Assembly: GCF_000150275.1 (NCBI RefSeq)
Contig: NW_002060973.1
Location: 353,004-417,003, forward strand
Source of the DNA: Trichoplax adhaerens
Taxonomy: Eukaryota; Animalia; Placozoa
Direction: 5' to 3'
Length of the DNA: 64,000 nucleotides
The notes under the pieces were generated by a model. That model had not been told where the DNA came from and did not search any database. It saw only the letters and a program-made list of their open reading frames with translations. A program made the translations under genes and the position numbers. Numbering within the stretch: position 1 is the first letter of the stretch; every line of letters begins with the position of its first letter. Below, piece after piece: positions 13,080 to 25,200 of the stretch.

Positions 13080-15270
13080 CGTTCTGCAAATGATTTTAAA
13101 GACTTTGATATTTTAAAAAAATATTCCAGGTACCGTAGTTGCCAGGAAATTTCTATTTCTTGCGAGATTATTACATCTTGCTTGGATGAATTATCAGCCT
13201 TTTTGATACATTCTTCACCTGTTATAGGTTTTACATTTTTTAATTTGCGCTATTTCAAAGTATAATTGCATACGTTCATAAGAACTGAGACATTATTCAG
13301 TAATAGTAAATTCCGCGTTATAAAATTTAAAATTTATTACTACCACTTTTAATCTAACAAACTAAACAGCAACCACCACCTTTACCGTCCTCGCACAGTA
13401 CGACTGAATTTGTTGTGCATGTTAATGTAATGTTACTATGATTCTAAAGAGTACGGTAATCTAACAAAAGTACACAGGATGTACCCTTGAATTCGCTACA
13501 AATAATAATCAAAATCTGTACTAAAATTGATAATTCATAGCATTATTAACTTGAGCTAGTGAAAGAGGAGCATCAACCCCTTACTCACTCACAATATTAC
13601 AAATAGAAATCTGTTTGGTTATGTTGCAATTTTTTTCTTTCGATCTTTGACGAATGCAGATTCCTAACTTCGTCTCACCCATAATTAAACTGCCTGATTT
13701 GCTGCTAGACATTCCTAAAATATCTTTTTTTTTTTCCGGGTGAGTGTAGATATCCGATAAAAATATGCTGATTAACATTGCACTCTGTATTGTGCATAGT
13801 GCATACTCGTATTCATAGCATTATATTTAAATATTTATCAAGATATTAAATTTCTTGTTTTTGTCGCTCGACGATTCAAAGTACCGTAATATAAAACGTT
13901 TGATCATGTATTCTTTTTAGCTAACTGTTGGTATGCAAATACATACGAATATAGCTGTAATAAATACATGACCAAACCAAGGTATAGTGGGGCTGTATTA
14001 CGGTGATAATTAGCGATAGCGAATTTTGGACAAATATCGGTCAAAATAAAAGGATAAGATTTCTAGAACAGTCAATATTTTGATGAAAGAAGTCGTGTTT
14101 TACATGCCCATAAATATCATACTTTCAATCGCTCAGTTATCAATACGCATTTACTATAGTATGACATGGTATGATTCTAATTAATGAGCAAGAAAGCTAT
14201 AGTCTAATTATAAATTAAGCCATTAAAATTAAAAACATAACTACAGTTTATGAATTGACATTGCTTATGCAAGAAAAAATTCGATTCAATAACTATTGCA
14301 AAATGATATTAATGATAGAAATAGCTATTAACTACGGAAGATGAGATAATTTACATCATCTTCTAGATAGTACAAGGAGATGGTCCATTCCTAAATATAT
14401 ATTACATTATCGTAGATTCAAGTAAATAAAAGGCCTCGTAGACGATTAAAATGATAATTCAATGACCACATCCAGTAAAATCTGTAGGATACTTACAGTA
14501 AATAACGGCAATCCTAAAGAATAAAATATTACATCTAGACGTTTATTATATCAATTGACACATCAAAGTCTCCACTTTTGTCAACTAAGAAATGATGAAC
14601 TAATTGAAACTCTTAAATTGTATTGAATTGAAAAGTATCTATTCATTATATACTAATGCTAATTTGTCAAAAAAATATCCAATATCAATATAACTATTAC
14701 TTGGGACCGTAGAAAGGTATAAATAAGTTAGTGAATGTATCGTACAATTTAACACAATATATCATACGTAAAAATAACGCATTGAACCTTGTGTAGCGGT
14801 AACCATTAACTTAAATATTATCAGCTACCAATTGGGTAATGAGTATACATATTGTTCTATAAAAGTTCACTTATCTGAATGATTTTAATATAAAATTTTT
14901 GAAGGAAAGTATTTTATAATTAATTAGAGTTATTATTAATAACCAAAATGCGACAAAGTCACAATTCGTTGCCCTTGAAAAATTTATCCAATAAAATATG
15001 GATTGTTGGTTAGGGAGTTCGCGTATACAACATGTATATAGTATATTTACAATTGTGTCTTATTATAATATATACGACCACAATTTGACATGTTGGGTAC
15101 TTCAGAAATGCCGTTTGCTGCTGCAAAACTTTTATTTTTTGCAAGATTTTATCACAATACGATTCGAAGATTTTACTAGTGTGTGACCATTGAACTGAAC
15201 TTTAATATCGACCGTATTTCCGTTACAAACCGAAATCATTTGCGATAACCCTCTTCAATGGCATATCATG
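13080..15270 (-). pseudogene. Possible decayed CUB-domain exons
   Basis: Minus-strand segments after AG acceptors read ECIKKADNSSKQDVIIS/KFPGNY (~13218 downward), CNVNQHIFIGYLHSPG (~13784 downward) and VCNGNTVDI..LVKSSNRIVIK (~15230 downward). These resemble CUB motifs (C..G.I.SP.FP..Y; SSN.L.I.F) but contain stops and frameshifts. Confidence 0.35.
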
Positions 15271-16659
15271 AATACTAGCGTGTATGCACTAGATTCAGTG
15301 GGTAGAATGACTTTATTAAATATTTAAGGAACAGCATTGCTACTGATCATTCAGCTATGATTGCAAACCACTTTTCGCCATAAATAAATTGAGCTAAACG
15401 TATTTAAGAACTACTGATAGAAGTTCGTGTCTGACTTCGAACTTAAAATGCCAGGTTCTTGTTATTAGTTAATACTCTACTATTCTTAAACCTTGTAATA
15501 AAAGCCCTTTATTTAATTTTGCTTTGACCTAGGCAATTTCTCCTTTAAGAATTGCATCCCTTAGATCAAAAAGAATCGATAGGTACTTTTTTTTAACAAT
15601 ATGCCTTATATCGAATTGTATACAGTACATGTAAATGTAAAAATATTGAAATATTCATTCAGAATCTACCTAAGCTAACAAAATAAGCTAATAACTGAAT
15701 ACCCAAAAATGCCTAAGAGCATTTCTATAAGTTTCTAATTATTTCAGCTAGGCTTAAACTCTTCTTTGTTGACTAAAATTTCGCTATGTCATCTTATCAA
15801 TTACGGTAATGCCGCAGTAATGGTAGTTATTATAATACATTCACCGTCGAAAGTATCATAAGATTTTATCCGAATTAAGAAACAAAAATGTTTATTGAGA
15901 AACTAGAGTATTTACCAGGATAATAGAAATGAAGTAAGGTTAAGAAAGTGAAAACGTAAGTTTTAAACAGCGAGAAGGAATTGAAAACAGTTAGAGTAGA
16001 GAGAAAATATTAAATAATATCATATGTTCATACCGTACAATGTATAATTAATATATGGTGGCAATTGTAACACTGTCCAAATCCAATTACACTTCAGCTT
16101 TCGTTTAAAGGAAGTAGCTGGAAAACGAATGAAGATAATAAATTAAATTAAGTACAAGCTCGTATAAGAAACAGGTTCCATCGGTAAAAGTCAAGATTGC
16201 CTTCATTGTTACTCGAGGATTAATTTAATTTTCTAAATATTTTAGAGAACACTAATACTATTGCTTTTTCATAACTACATTAAAGTGATATTTAAGAATT
16301 ATTCTGATCAATTCCAGCAAATGGATAGCATTATTTGCTTCATAGCTTGATGTCTTACTTTGGTCGTAACATATGGCTAGTTTACTTTATGTAGCAGACG
16401 ATCCATTCTGGAATATAACAAATTAAATTAGTTTCATCAGGATTATTATTCGATCTTTATAAGAGTTACAGATTTCAGAGCTAGAGCTCGTATACGCAAC
16501 TAGCGAATTAATAAGCTTTATCAGAAGCTTTTATTCAAGATGGGAAACATTGTAATTGTTTATGATAGAGACAAAGTCTGGCAAGCATATTATGGAAAAT
16601 CAGAGATTAGTTTAAAATTTCGCGTAAACACTTCACGCCAAGATTATTAATATGCTACC

Positions 16660-17160
16660 CTAAAGAATATGCATTATCAAAGTAGAGCCTAATCTAGTTG
16701 ATAAAAAACGAACTACTAAATTTCGATAAAATTGCCTACATCTATACTTTTTCTAGCACCTACAGCTACAATAAGTATAGCAACGTTCTATCCTGTTTGT
16801 AAATAAAAACATTATATTCAACAATTTAAGTTCTGCTCGACCTTTACATAATCAAATTATTACCGGTACAAGTACAAGTAGCTTCCATAACGATACGACA
16901 TCTTCAGGCCAAAATTACTGATATGCTATTCTATAAGCATTACTAATGCACAGTCTAATCTGATTGATAGAAAAAAAAGGGCTACTAAGTTTCAGTAAAA
17001 TCGCCTTATTCTGTACTTTCTCTAGCTCCTACATCTATAATAAATATAACGTTCTGTATTACTTACGAATAAAAAAAACTGTAATTAATAATTTACATTA
17101 AGATCGACCTTTATAATCGAATTATTACCAGTATTAAGTAGTTACCATAACGACGTAGCA
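16660..17160. repeat. Diverged tandem duplication, period ~265 bp
   Basis: Collinear blocks CTACTAA.TTTC..TAAAAT.GCCT, TCTAGC.CCTACA.CTA.AATAA, TCGACCTTTA and ATTATTACC.GTA..AAGTAG.T.CCATAACGA occur at ~16690-16900 and ~16957-17155. Confidence 0.75.
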
Positions 17161-18689
17161 CATTGACCATTTTTATGCTTTAACGGAGTATTTTTACTAC
17201 TGTCTTCACTAACTGAGGCTTACATTCGATTCCAAAGTGTTTTACACTTTCCTATGCGTAGTGGGTACGTGTAAATTTATTATCCAGTAATTTGTTATTA
17301 TAAACTTCTATCCAAGGCCCTTGGTCAATGACGAATTACCAGGTCATCCTTTTATTCCTGAGAAATAATATTGTCAATTATTGGTATTTATTTATTTTAT
17401 TGAGAAGCATTGAACAAAAACTCTGGTATTACTTGTATTTAGGAAAACATTAAAAAAGTAAGATTTCATATTTGAGGAAATTCGTTTATTAACGAGCTTA
17501 CGCAACAACTTTACAGGTTTATTTCCCGTAATTAAACAAATCAGAGTTTGGGCTTTACATAGTTGACATAAAGGCGATCTTATTCTATAATAGATCTTTC
17601 GATTAATCTAACTCCAGAGACTTACCAGCAACGGTAACCTGGAATTATTTCAATTGATTCATAGTTTTATATCAGTGTTTTAGTTCATACGCGTAGTTCT
17701 ATTTATGTAGGCAAAAAAACATACGACTATAATATTAGCAGCATTGAAGAATTTTTTCCTATTTTTCAACTCTAAAATAGCAATATTTCTACCTGTTATA
17801 ATTCTCCACTTAAATAAGCAGAACTCGCTTTGCTAAGGTACTCAAGCTAGCCAGTACACTGGAAACGATTCTTTATTTGTGATTAGATACCTTTACACCG
17901 TGAACTAGGTCCCCCGTCAGTCTATCAACTAGAAGTAGGAGCTATATCACACGTTGCACGTTACGTTACGTTTTTATAAAATCTTGCTGTCGGAAGACTG
18001 CTAACTATGCAGTAGTATTAAGAGGATTGATTACAGATAAATTTAACTACATGTCTTGGTACAGTAATGGAACTATGCAGAAAGTAGATATAGTTGCCGA
18101 GTTGCGCCATATATCCTATCCGATAGTAATGACGGTACCTATTCTTAATCTAAAATTGCAACACTATCCCAACCAGCTATGAAGCCAAATTTTCAAGTTT
18201 CTCATTCCAATCTTATTTATTTAATTGAATTGTTAAATTAAATCTTGTAACGGAGTATCTTTTACTTAGTATTCGAACATATGGGAGCCATTATTAGATA
18301 ACTATTGTAGGAATTTACGTATTTATATATTATAAACCTACAATAATATTTCAGACAATTGTTGAGATAATTTTTACTTTTATATTACTAGTACTAAATC
18401 GCGTTTTATGAATAAGTATAAATTTCTGATTTAATGTTGTTTGTACCACATAAGGGCAGATTAGTTGCTATAATGATAACTAGTGCTTGCGTAGTTAGGG
18501 TACAAAGCTTTAATCGGCAGATGCTACCTAGGGCCTTCTGGCAATAGTTGATCGCCAACACTGAATCATGATAACATTTAATATCCTAGGCTATCAATAT
18601 AAATAAAGCTCTGAAAAGTTTACGAAGTACTCCGACTAACGTTCTGTATCTATACTTTATTCAATATACGCCAAATACTATTTCCTCTA

Positions 18690-19135
18690 TGCGAAAGGTA
18701 GCAACTATACATACGTTTATTCAACGATAAATTTTCAATAATACCGTGCGATATTAGCCAAGCAGCGTAAGAAAATCCGAAACTAATTTCAGGTAGGTTT
18801 GTGGATTCTACATTATAGAAGATTATAGAGCGATGGTTAAGAAAAAAATTCTCCATAATTTTATTCCAATTGAACTACACATGTTTTTGGTACACTCTAC
18901 TCAATATATGGTAAAATACTGTCTCATCCATGCGTAAGTTGGTAGCTATATAAACGTTTATTTGTCGATAGTTCCTCCATAATGCCCTGCAATTGAAGCC
19001 AAGCAGCGTAAGAAAATCCGAAACTAATTTAAGACAAGACAGTAGATTATAAAGTGCAGATATTTGTAGAGAGACTGTTAGAAAACTATTTTCTTTTCAC
19101 AATCCTAGCCCTATTGATTGACACATGTTTTTAAT
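18690..19135. repeat. Tandem duplication (period 241 bp) just upstream of LRR-GPCR gene 1, with an identical 34-bp core
   Basis: AGCCAAGCAGCGTAAGAAAATCCGAAACTAATTT is at 18756-18789 and 18997-19030. The flanks are similar but diverged (AC.TTTATT...CGATA; ACACATGTTTTT). Confidence 0.8.
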
Positions 19136-19293
19136 TAAATACGCAAGTACCGGATGTTAAGCTGCAATATGTACTGATTTATAAGATAATTAAAATGCGG
19201 CATTACCTTCCAAATTATCACAATTCTACGTTTTTTTTCAGAGGTTACTGGTAGAATTTCCTTACGATACCTACACGAAAAATACCGATATTC

Positions 19294-22200
19294 ATGGCGT
19301 TATCACTAGTTTTGCTTTGGTATTGCATTTTTCTTATTAATAATTCACAAGGTTCAGGTACGAAACTCTTTTCGCTTACAGGCAGTGCTGATTTAATGAT
19401 TACAAATCATGCAGCAACTACCATCAGTGAATGAATTTTAGGGAGATACCCTGTCTTATGATGTGTTGAATTTTTGACCCAAGAATCAGTGGATGTCTTT
19501 CTGAATAAACAACTGAATCATTTTATTTAAATATTTACTGTACTGCTTCTAATAGTCGTTAGTAGTGGTAAAGCACTTTTGCGATAATATACCAATAACA
19601 TTATCCAGGAAATTCTATTTGTTTTTGATATCCTTTGGATTAAATTTAAGGGTCAGATAAATGGCCGTTACAAGTACATTAAAAGGAATTATATTTACAA
19701 AGTAATTGTTAGTTTTTATGAGTGTAGTCTGAGTAGCAAGTTTTAATTCAGTGCTATTCAAATAAAATTTTCATTCCATTCCTAGTGCAGTATGTGTTGA
19801 CTTATCTGAATCAGTATTTATCGTTGGTCTGGATCATAATAAATAATATTTACCGATTTTATTGAGTGAGATATGAGCTTTACCGAGATCAATGCTTATT
19901 TAGTACGACAAAGTATATAAAATTATCTCTGTATTTGAATGAAACAAATTGATATACCAAACTGAACTTTTAGAAATGTAGTAGTTTTTGCTTTATCTTA
20001 AAGACACCTAATCACAGGCTTAAATAAATCTAGAAAGAATAAATTATTGAAAAGGCATTCACTTCGGCTAGTAACTACATAATATAATAGCCGTGAAATA
20101 TGGTCGCTTTAAAATAGACAATATAGCTACGAATTTCTATAAATTATCATTATTAATCAAAATTATTGAAATCCCCAGATGGCCTTTGATAAGAATATCT
20201 TAATGGATTTATATTCATTTACTGACAGTCAAGAAATGAATTTTATGTGTTTTATTATCACGTTGCAATAGAGATCCAGTGTCCTAAAACTTGTGATTGT
20301 CAGTTTGCTTCTAAAATACAATGCACAAATCCTATATTGACCACGTTTCCAACCTCAGGAGCAGTTTTATCTACTGTTAGGCAACTGTAAGTATTGTCTA
20401 TTAAAGTATCTTTATTATAGGTACTTAAATTTAAAGTTAAGCTTCCAGCTCCAATAAAGAATAATAGCGAATCCGACTTTTCTACGTCGTATATAGAAAA
20501 TGATGACTTTCTGCTAAAATAAATTCCACTTATAACTTGAAAGTTTAACATTTAATTAATGATTAATTTAATAATGAAATACAGAGTGATTATGGGAACA
20601 AAGATTCGATCTGTCGGAAAAGATAATCTCTTTAATTATCCAAATTTAACACTGCTGTAAGTCAAAGATATTGCTGGATACTGGTTCAATTACATATTTC
20701 CTTTAAATTAAATCACTTAGTCACGCTAATTTTTCTAATCAATGTCGTACATTGACAACTTAATAAATATTCAAGTTGAGTTTATAGATTATTACTACTC
20801 AGAGGTTGACCATTTTAATTTAGAAACTTAAAGAACAATAAAATTGAAGACATTCAAGATGGGGCCCTTGCAGGATTGCATAATTTAAAAACACTGTAAG
20901 TTGAAAAGACTCTTTTAATAGAGTACTTGTTTCTCACGAAAAATCTTCTCAAAATTTGAAGAATAGTCTCTACATATGCAAAAATGCTTGAGCTATTATT
21001 ATCATCATGATCTGCGAAGTATTTTCTATTAAGTCACTATGTATCGATTATCTAAATACGTCTGTCTTCTATATTACTTTATACAGAGTGCTTGATCAAA
21101 ATGTGCTGGATGATTTAATCAATCAGAGAACATTCGAAGGATTATCAAATTTAACAACTTTGTGAGCTACACGAGTACAATGAGGATGGAAATGTGCAAA
21201 TAAGAAAACAGATTTATCAATAAGTTGATAACATAATAGTCAGCAGCATTTACTATAATTTTATTGCTACAAAAAACTATAAAATGTTACTGGCTTTATC
21301 TTAACAATTAATTTGACAGTTATTAGTATAGTGTAGATATTATTTAGGAGCCTATAGTAGCTAAAGGGTTTCGATAGTATTACAACGTATTTATTAGAAG
21401 CACATCAGCCAGATCATCTTCTCTAAAATAACGTAGAAATCCTAAAATATATTATTTTATCATTTGAAAGTTGGCAATGTTGCACTAATTTTGAATCGGT
21501 TTGTCCATTTAGACATTTGGGATATAACAGGATAAAAAATATTATAGATGACGTTTTTGCCAGATTACATAGCTTGGAATCACTGTAAGTTTCCCTACAT
21601 CAGTACTGTCAATTTTTAATAATTTCCATGTTAATGTTGCAGTATCTAAGAACATTTAGCATTTTAGACTTGAGGATATACTATCTGAAGGATAATTCGC
21701 GTATTTCTAAACTATGATATTGTACTGTTTGTAATTCCTGAAACTTCGCTCTGTCCATCCATTGGTGAATAACATTAATGTCTCAAAAATACCGTGTTAA
21801 TGATTACTAAACTGGCATAGATCGTTGCACTACAACATGCTTCATGAATTAACTTCTCCAAGAATATTCCAGGGATTATCAAGATTGAAATATTTGTAAG
21901 CTAAAAATAAGTGATAAATAACATTATCCCGTAATAATAATGTTGATTAAGCGACAAACGTCCTATCGACTATAAATTTTAGTTTCTTTAAGATCATAAC
22001 ATAATATAAGTTGGTTCAATACTAGCAGCAGTTCCTATTTGTTTGACACTCATAGCAAATCATAATTAGTAAAAACCGATTTTGCTTTAGAGTACTAATG
22101 AAATAAAAACAGCTGAAACATCATCCGATGATTTAAGCAGTATGCACACTACGTAATAGAATCGCATCATAACTACTTGAAATGAGTTAGTAGCGATAAT

Positions 22201-25200
22201 TTTGAATTGACATTTATCAATTTAGGTACCTGTATAACAATAAGATAGAGAAGATCTCAGATGGAGTTTTTGCAAGCTTGCACAGCCTGCAAAAACTGTA
22301 AGTAATTGTAATAAAGCATAATTACTCTTCAATACAAATTATACAGCGATTGGGTGTTTGTTTACTTCCATAATAAGGTTTTCTTAATATATTACTGTTA
22401 TTCGCTAATGATTGCTATGCAAGCATTTAAACGATCTTCTTTATTCTAAAAATAACATTGTAACTGTTTATTTTCGAAATCTTGCTCAATTCGTTTATTG
22501 GTATATATTAGTAATAGCTCGAAATATTAATGACTGTAAAATTGATGTAGGTCTTTGCAGTACAATACGCTACACGATATAACTTCTCCGAGAATATTTC
22601 AAGGATTACCAAGTTTAAAAGACCTGTAAGCTATAAAACAGTAAATTAATAACGGCATCATCTGGGAATAATTTCGAATAAATTATTAGCATCCATAGAT
22701 TAAATAATCTTAATATTTATATTTAAATTATTTAAATATTTAATGTTCTTTGTAATCTCTGTACGATGTCAGATGACTCACTATTATAATAATTACCGTC
22801 CGCATAAGACTAATACGGCAGTTCAATAACTAAAACAACTGATTGTATAGTTGAGCATCAATAAAATAGCAAGAGCTAGAATATCTAGTAATGATTTAAA
22901 TGATATGCAAATAACATCATAGAGTGGCATCGTCCCACTTGCTAAAATACATAACTATAATTTTAACATTTTGGATTGGTTTTTGATGATCCAGGTACCT
23001 GCACAATAATAAGATTGATAGGATTGCGGACGGAGTTTTTGCAAGTTTGCATAACCTACAAGGGCTGTAAGTTACGAATCTTGCAGTAGAATAATTACTG
23101 TTTATTGAAAATTATACCAGTAATATATGATGTTACTCCTAGTCAGTTGAGGATACTTAGCTAGATTAAATGAGCTACAGCTTAAAGTTATCATGAAATA
23201 ATACAGTTATTGTATATTCTTTACTATTCAGTAACATAAGAGCTTTAAGTTACTTTATAGACTAACTAAAATAATGGTAACTTATAAATTTCTTTATGAT
23301 TTAACAACGTCTCTTCTTTAGTAATCTTATATGTTTATATAGACAATCTCTGTAAACTGTTCTAAATTCTAAAACTATGGTATAATTCTTAAATTGCTTA
23401 ATTATTGGGCTTTAATGATCATCATTTCAGATACTTGTATTCAAACATATTAACTACATTGAATTCTTCAAGAATCTTTGAGGGATTGTCAAACTTGAAG
23501 AAGCTGTAAGCTATGTAGATATACAGCTAGAATTTAAGATAATATGAGAAATATCAGTGGTATATTTGCGCCAACTTCTGTATCATCATAGCACATAGAT
23601 TCTAATTTGTATATCATATTGAATAGATTACTATATCCAGAAATATTTTAGTTCAGTGGTTTTTTATTTAGGAAACTGAATATTTGAAATACTTAGATCA
23701 ATGCATTGCTTGAAATCTGAGCATTGAGTGTTAACTATGAGTTTAACGGGAATTACGATATATTTTTCTTTGATATAGGTATTTACAGAAAAACAGGATA
23801 GAAAAAATTGGAGATGAGGTTTTCATAAACTTATATAATGTAGAGAAACTGTAAGTTATGGTACATACAATTCATTTTTAAGATCTAGGTCTTTGCAAAT
23901 TAAAGGAAATATTTACGTTAACTATAAAATCATATTATAATTTTTGAAGTTCAAATTAGCCTATCGATATCAATGCTTATTCTTAATCTCTCTCTGTTTA
24001 ATAATGTAGAGAATTAGAAGAAAACATATTGGATGGTATGAATTCTTCTGGAATTTTCAAAGGATTGTCAAACCTAAAAAGTTTGTAAGTTATACTGCTG
24101 CTTATCAGTTAATAACGACTGATACTATCTCTTTAAATCTATCGTTAATAAGCTGCAAGTTTATTATACTATGTTTAAAATTCATTCCATGCAATCTACT
24201 GTCTCCTTTTAAGACTACTATCTTTAGAATCATTGACTTGTACCATCTACTATATTTGTATGGTTACCATAACTGAAATCTATATTTAAACAATAAAGTT
24301 TTAACTATTGAAACACGTAGTTTATTTTCTGATTATACCCATCACTATTTCCTTACAGCAGCACTTACTGAAGTATATACCATAAATTTCGTTCAGTCAC
24401 CATCGCGTACATATTAAATAAATATTATGTACATGTTTTCATTGCAAAATTTATCTTGATGAATTATCTACTTCTCTAATATTAGCCAAGTTAAAAATTA
24501 CTCCAAGATCCGTCAAGTAATATAATATTTCATAAATATTAGAGAGACTATGAGACAGGATTTTAAGGATTTCTTACTTGAGAGTTGTTGTCTTGACTTT
24601 GATTCAATGTAATTTCGTTGCAGATATTTAGATAAAAATAAAATATCCTACGTTGCTGATGGAGTTTTTCTTCCAATAAAAGGGCTAACATATTTGTGAG
24701 TTTGTAAAAATGTAAACATTTAAAACATTTGTACATATGTATATTATAATTTAAAAGGTTACTACTAAGCTTAGTTTGACATATATTATCAGTCTTCGAT
24801 TATAAATTTATTATATCGATTATAAAGCTTTAGTCAAATAAGCAAATAGCACTTCTATGTCAGTAATATTTAGCAATAAGCTTAGATCAATTTCACTTAC
24901 CAATTTCAAATTTCGGTAAAATCTTTCAATACCTTGAAATATAGTATACAAAGTCACTCTAAGATTTGTGTCTAGTAAGATTAACTTCTGTATGGGCTGT
25001 ATTGGTATTCGCTAAATGTCGCAGTTGCAATTACCAACAAGCCGGTTATTATAGTTAGCTGAAAAAATTATTAAAATCATTCAGCATTTCTTTAGTCAGA
25101 GACGGACTCATTGTGCCAACACCATTGGCTTAATATTTGCGTTATGACTATTTTCGTTTTGTTGTATTAAATGATATTGCTTATAATAACTTAAAATACT

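Noticed and set aside
16321-16380. Signal-peptide-like MDSIICFIA*CLTLVVTYG*
   Set aside because: It contains stops and I could not link it to any downstream exon.
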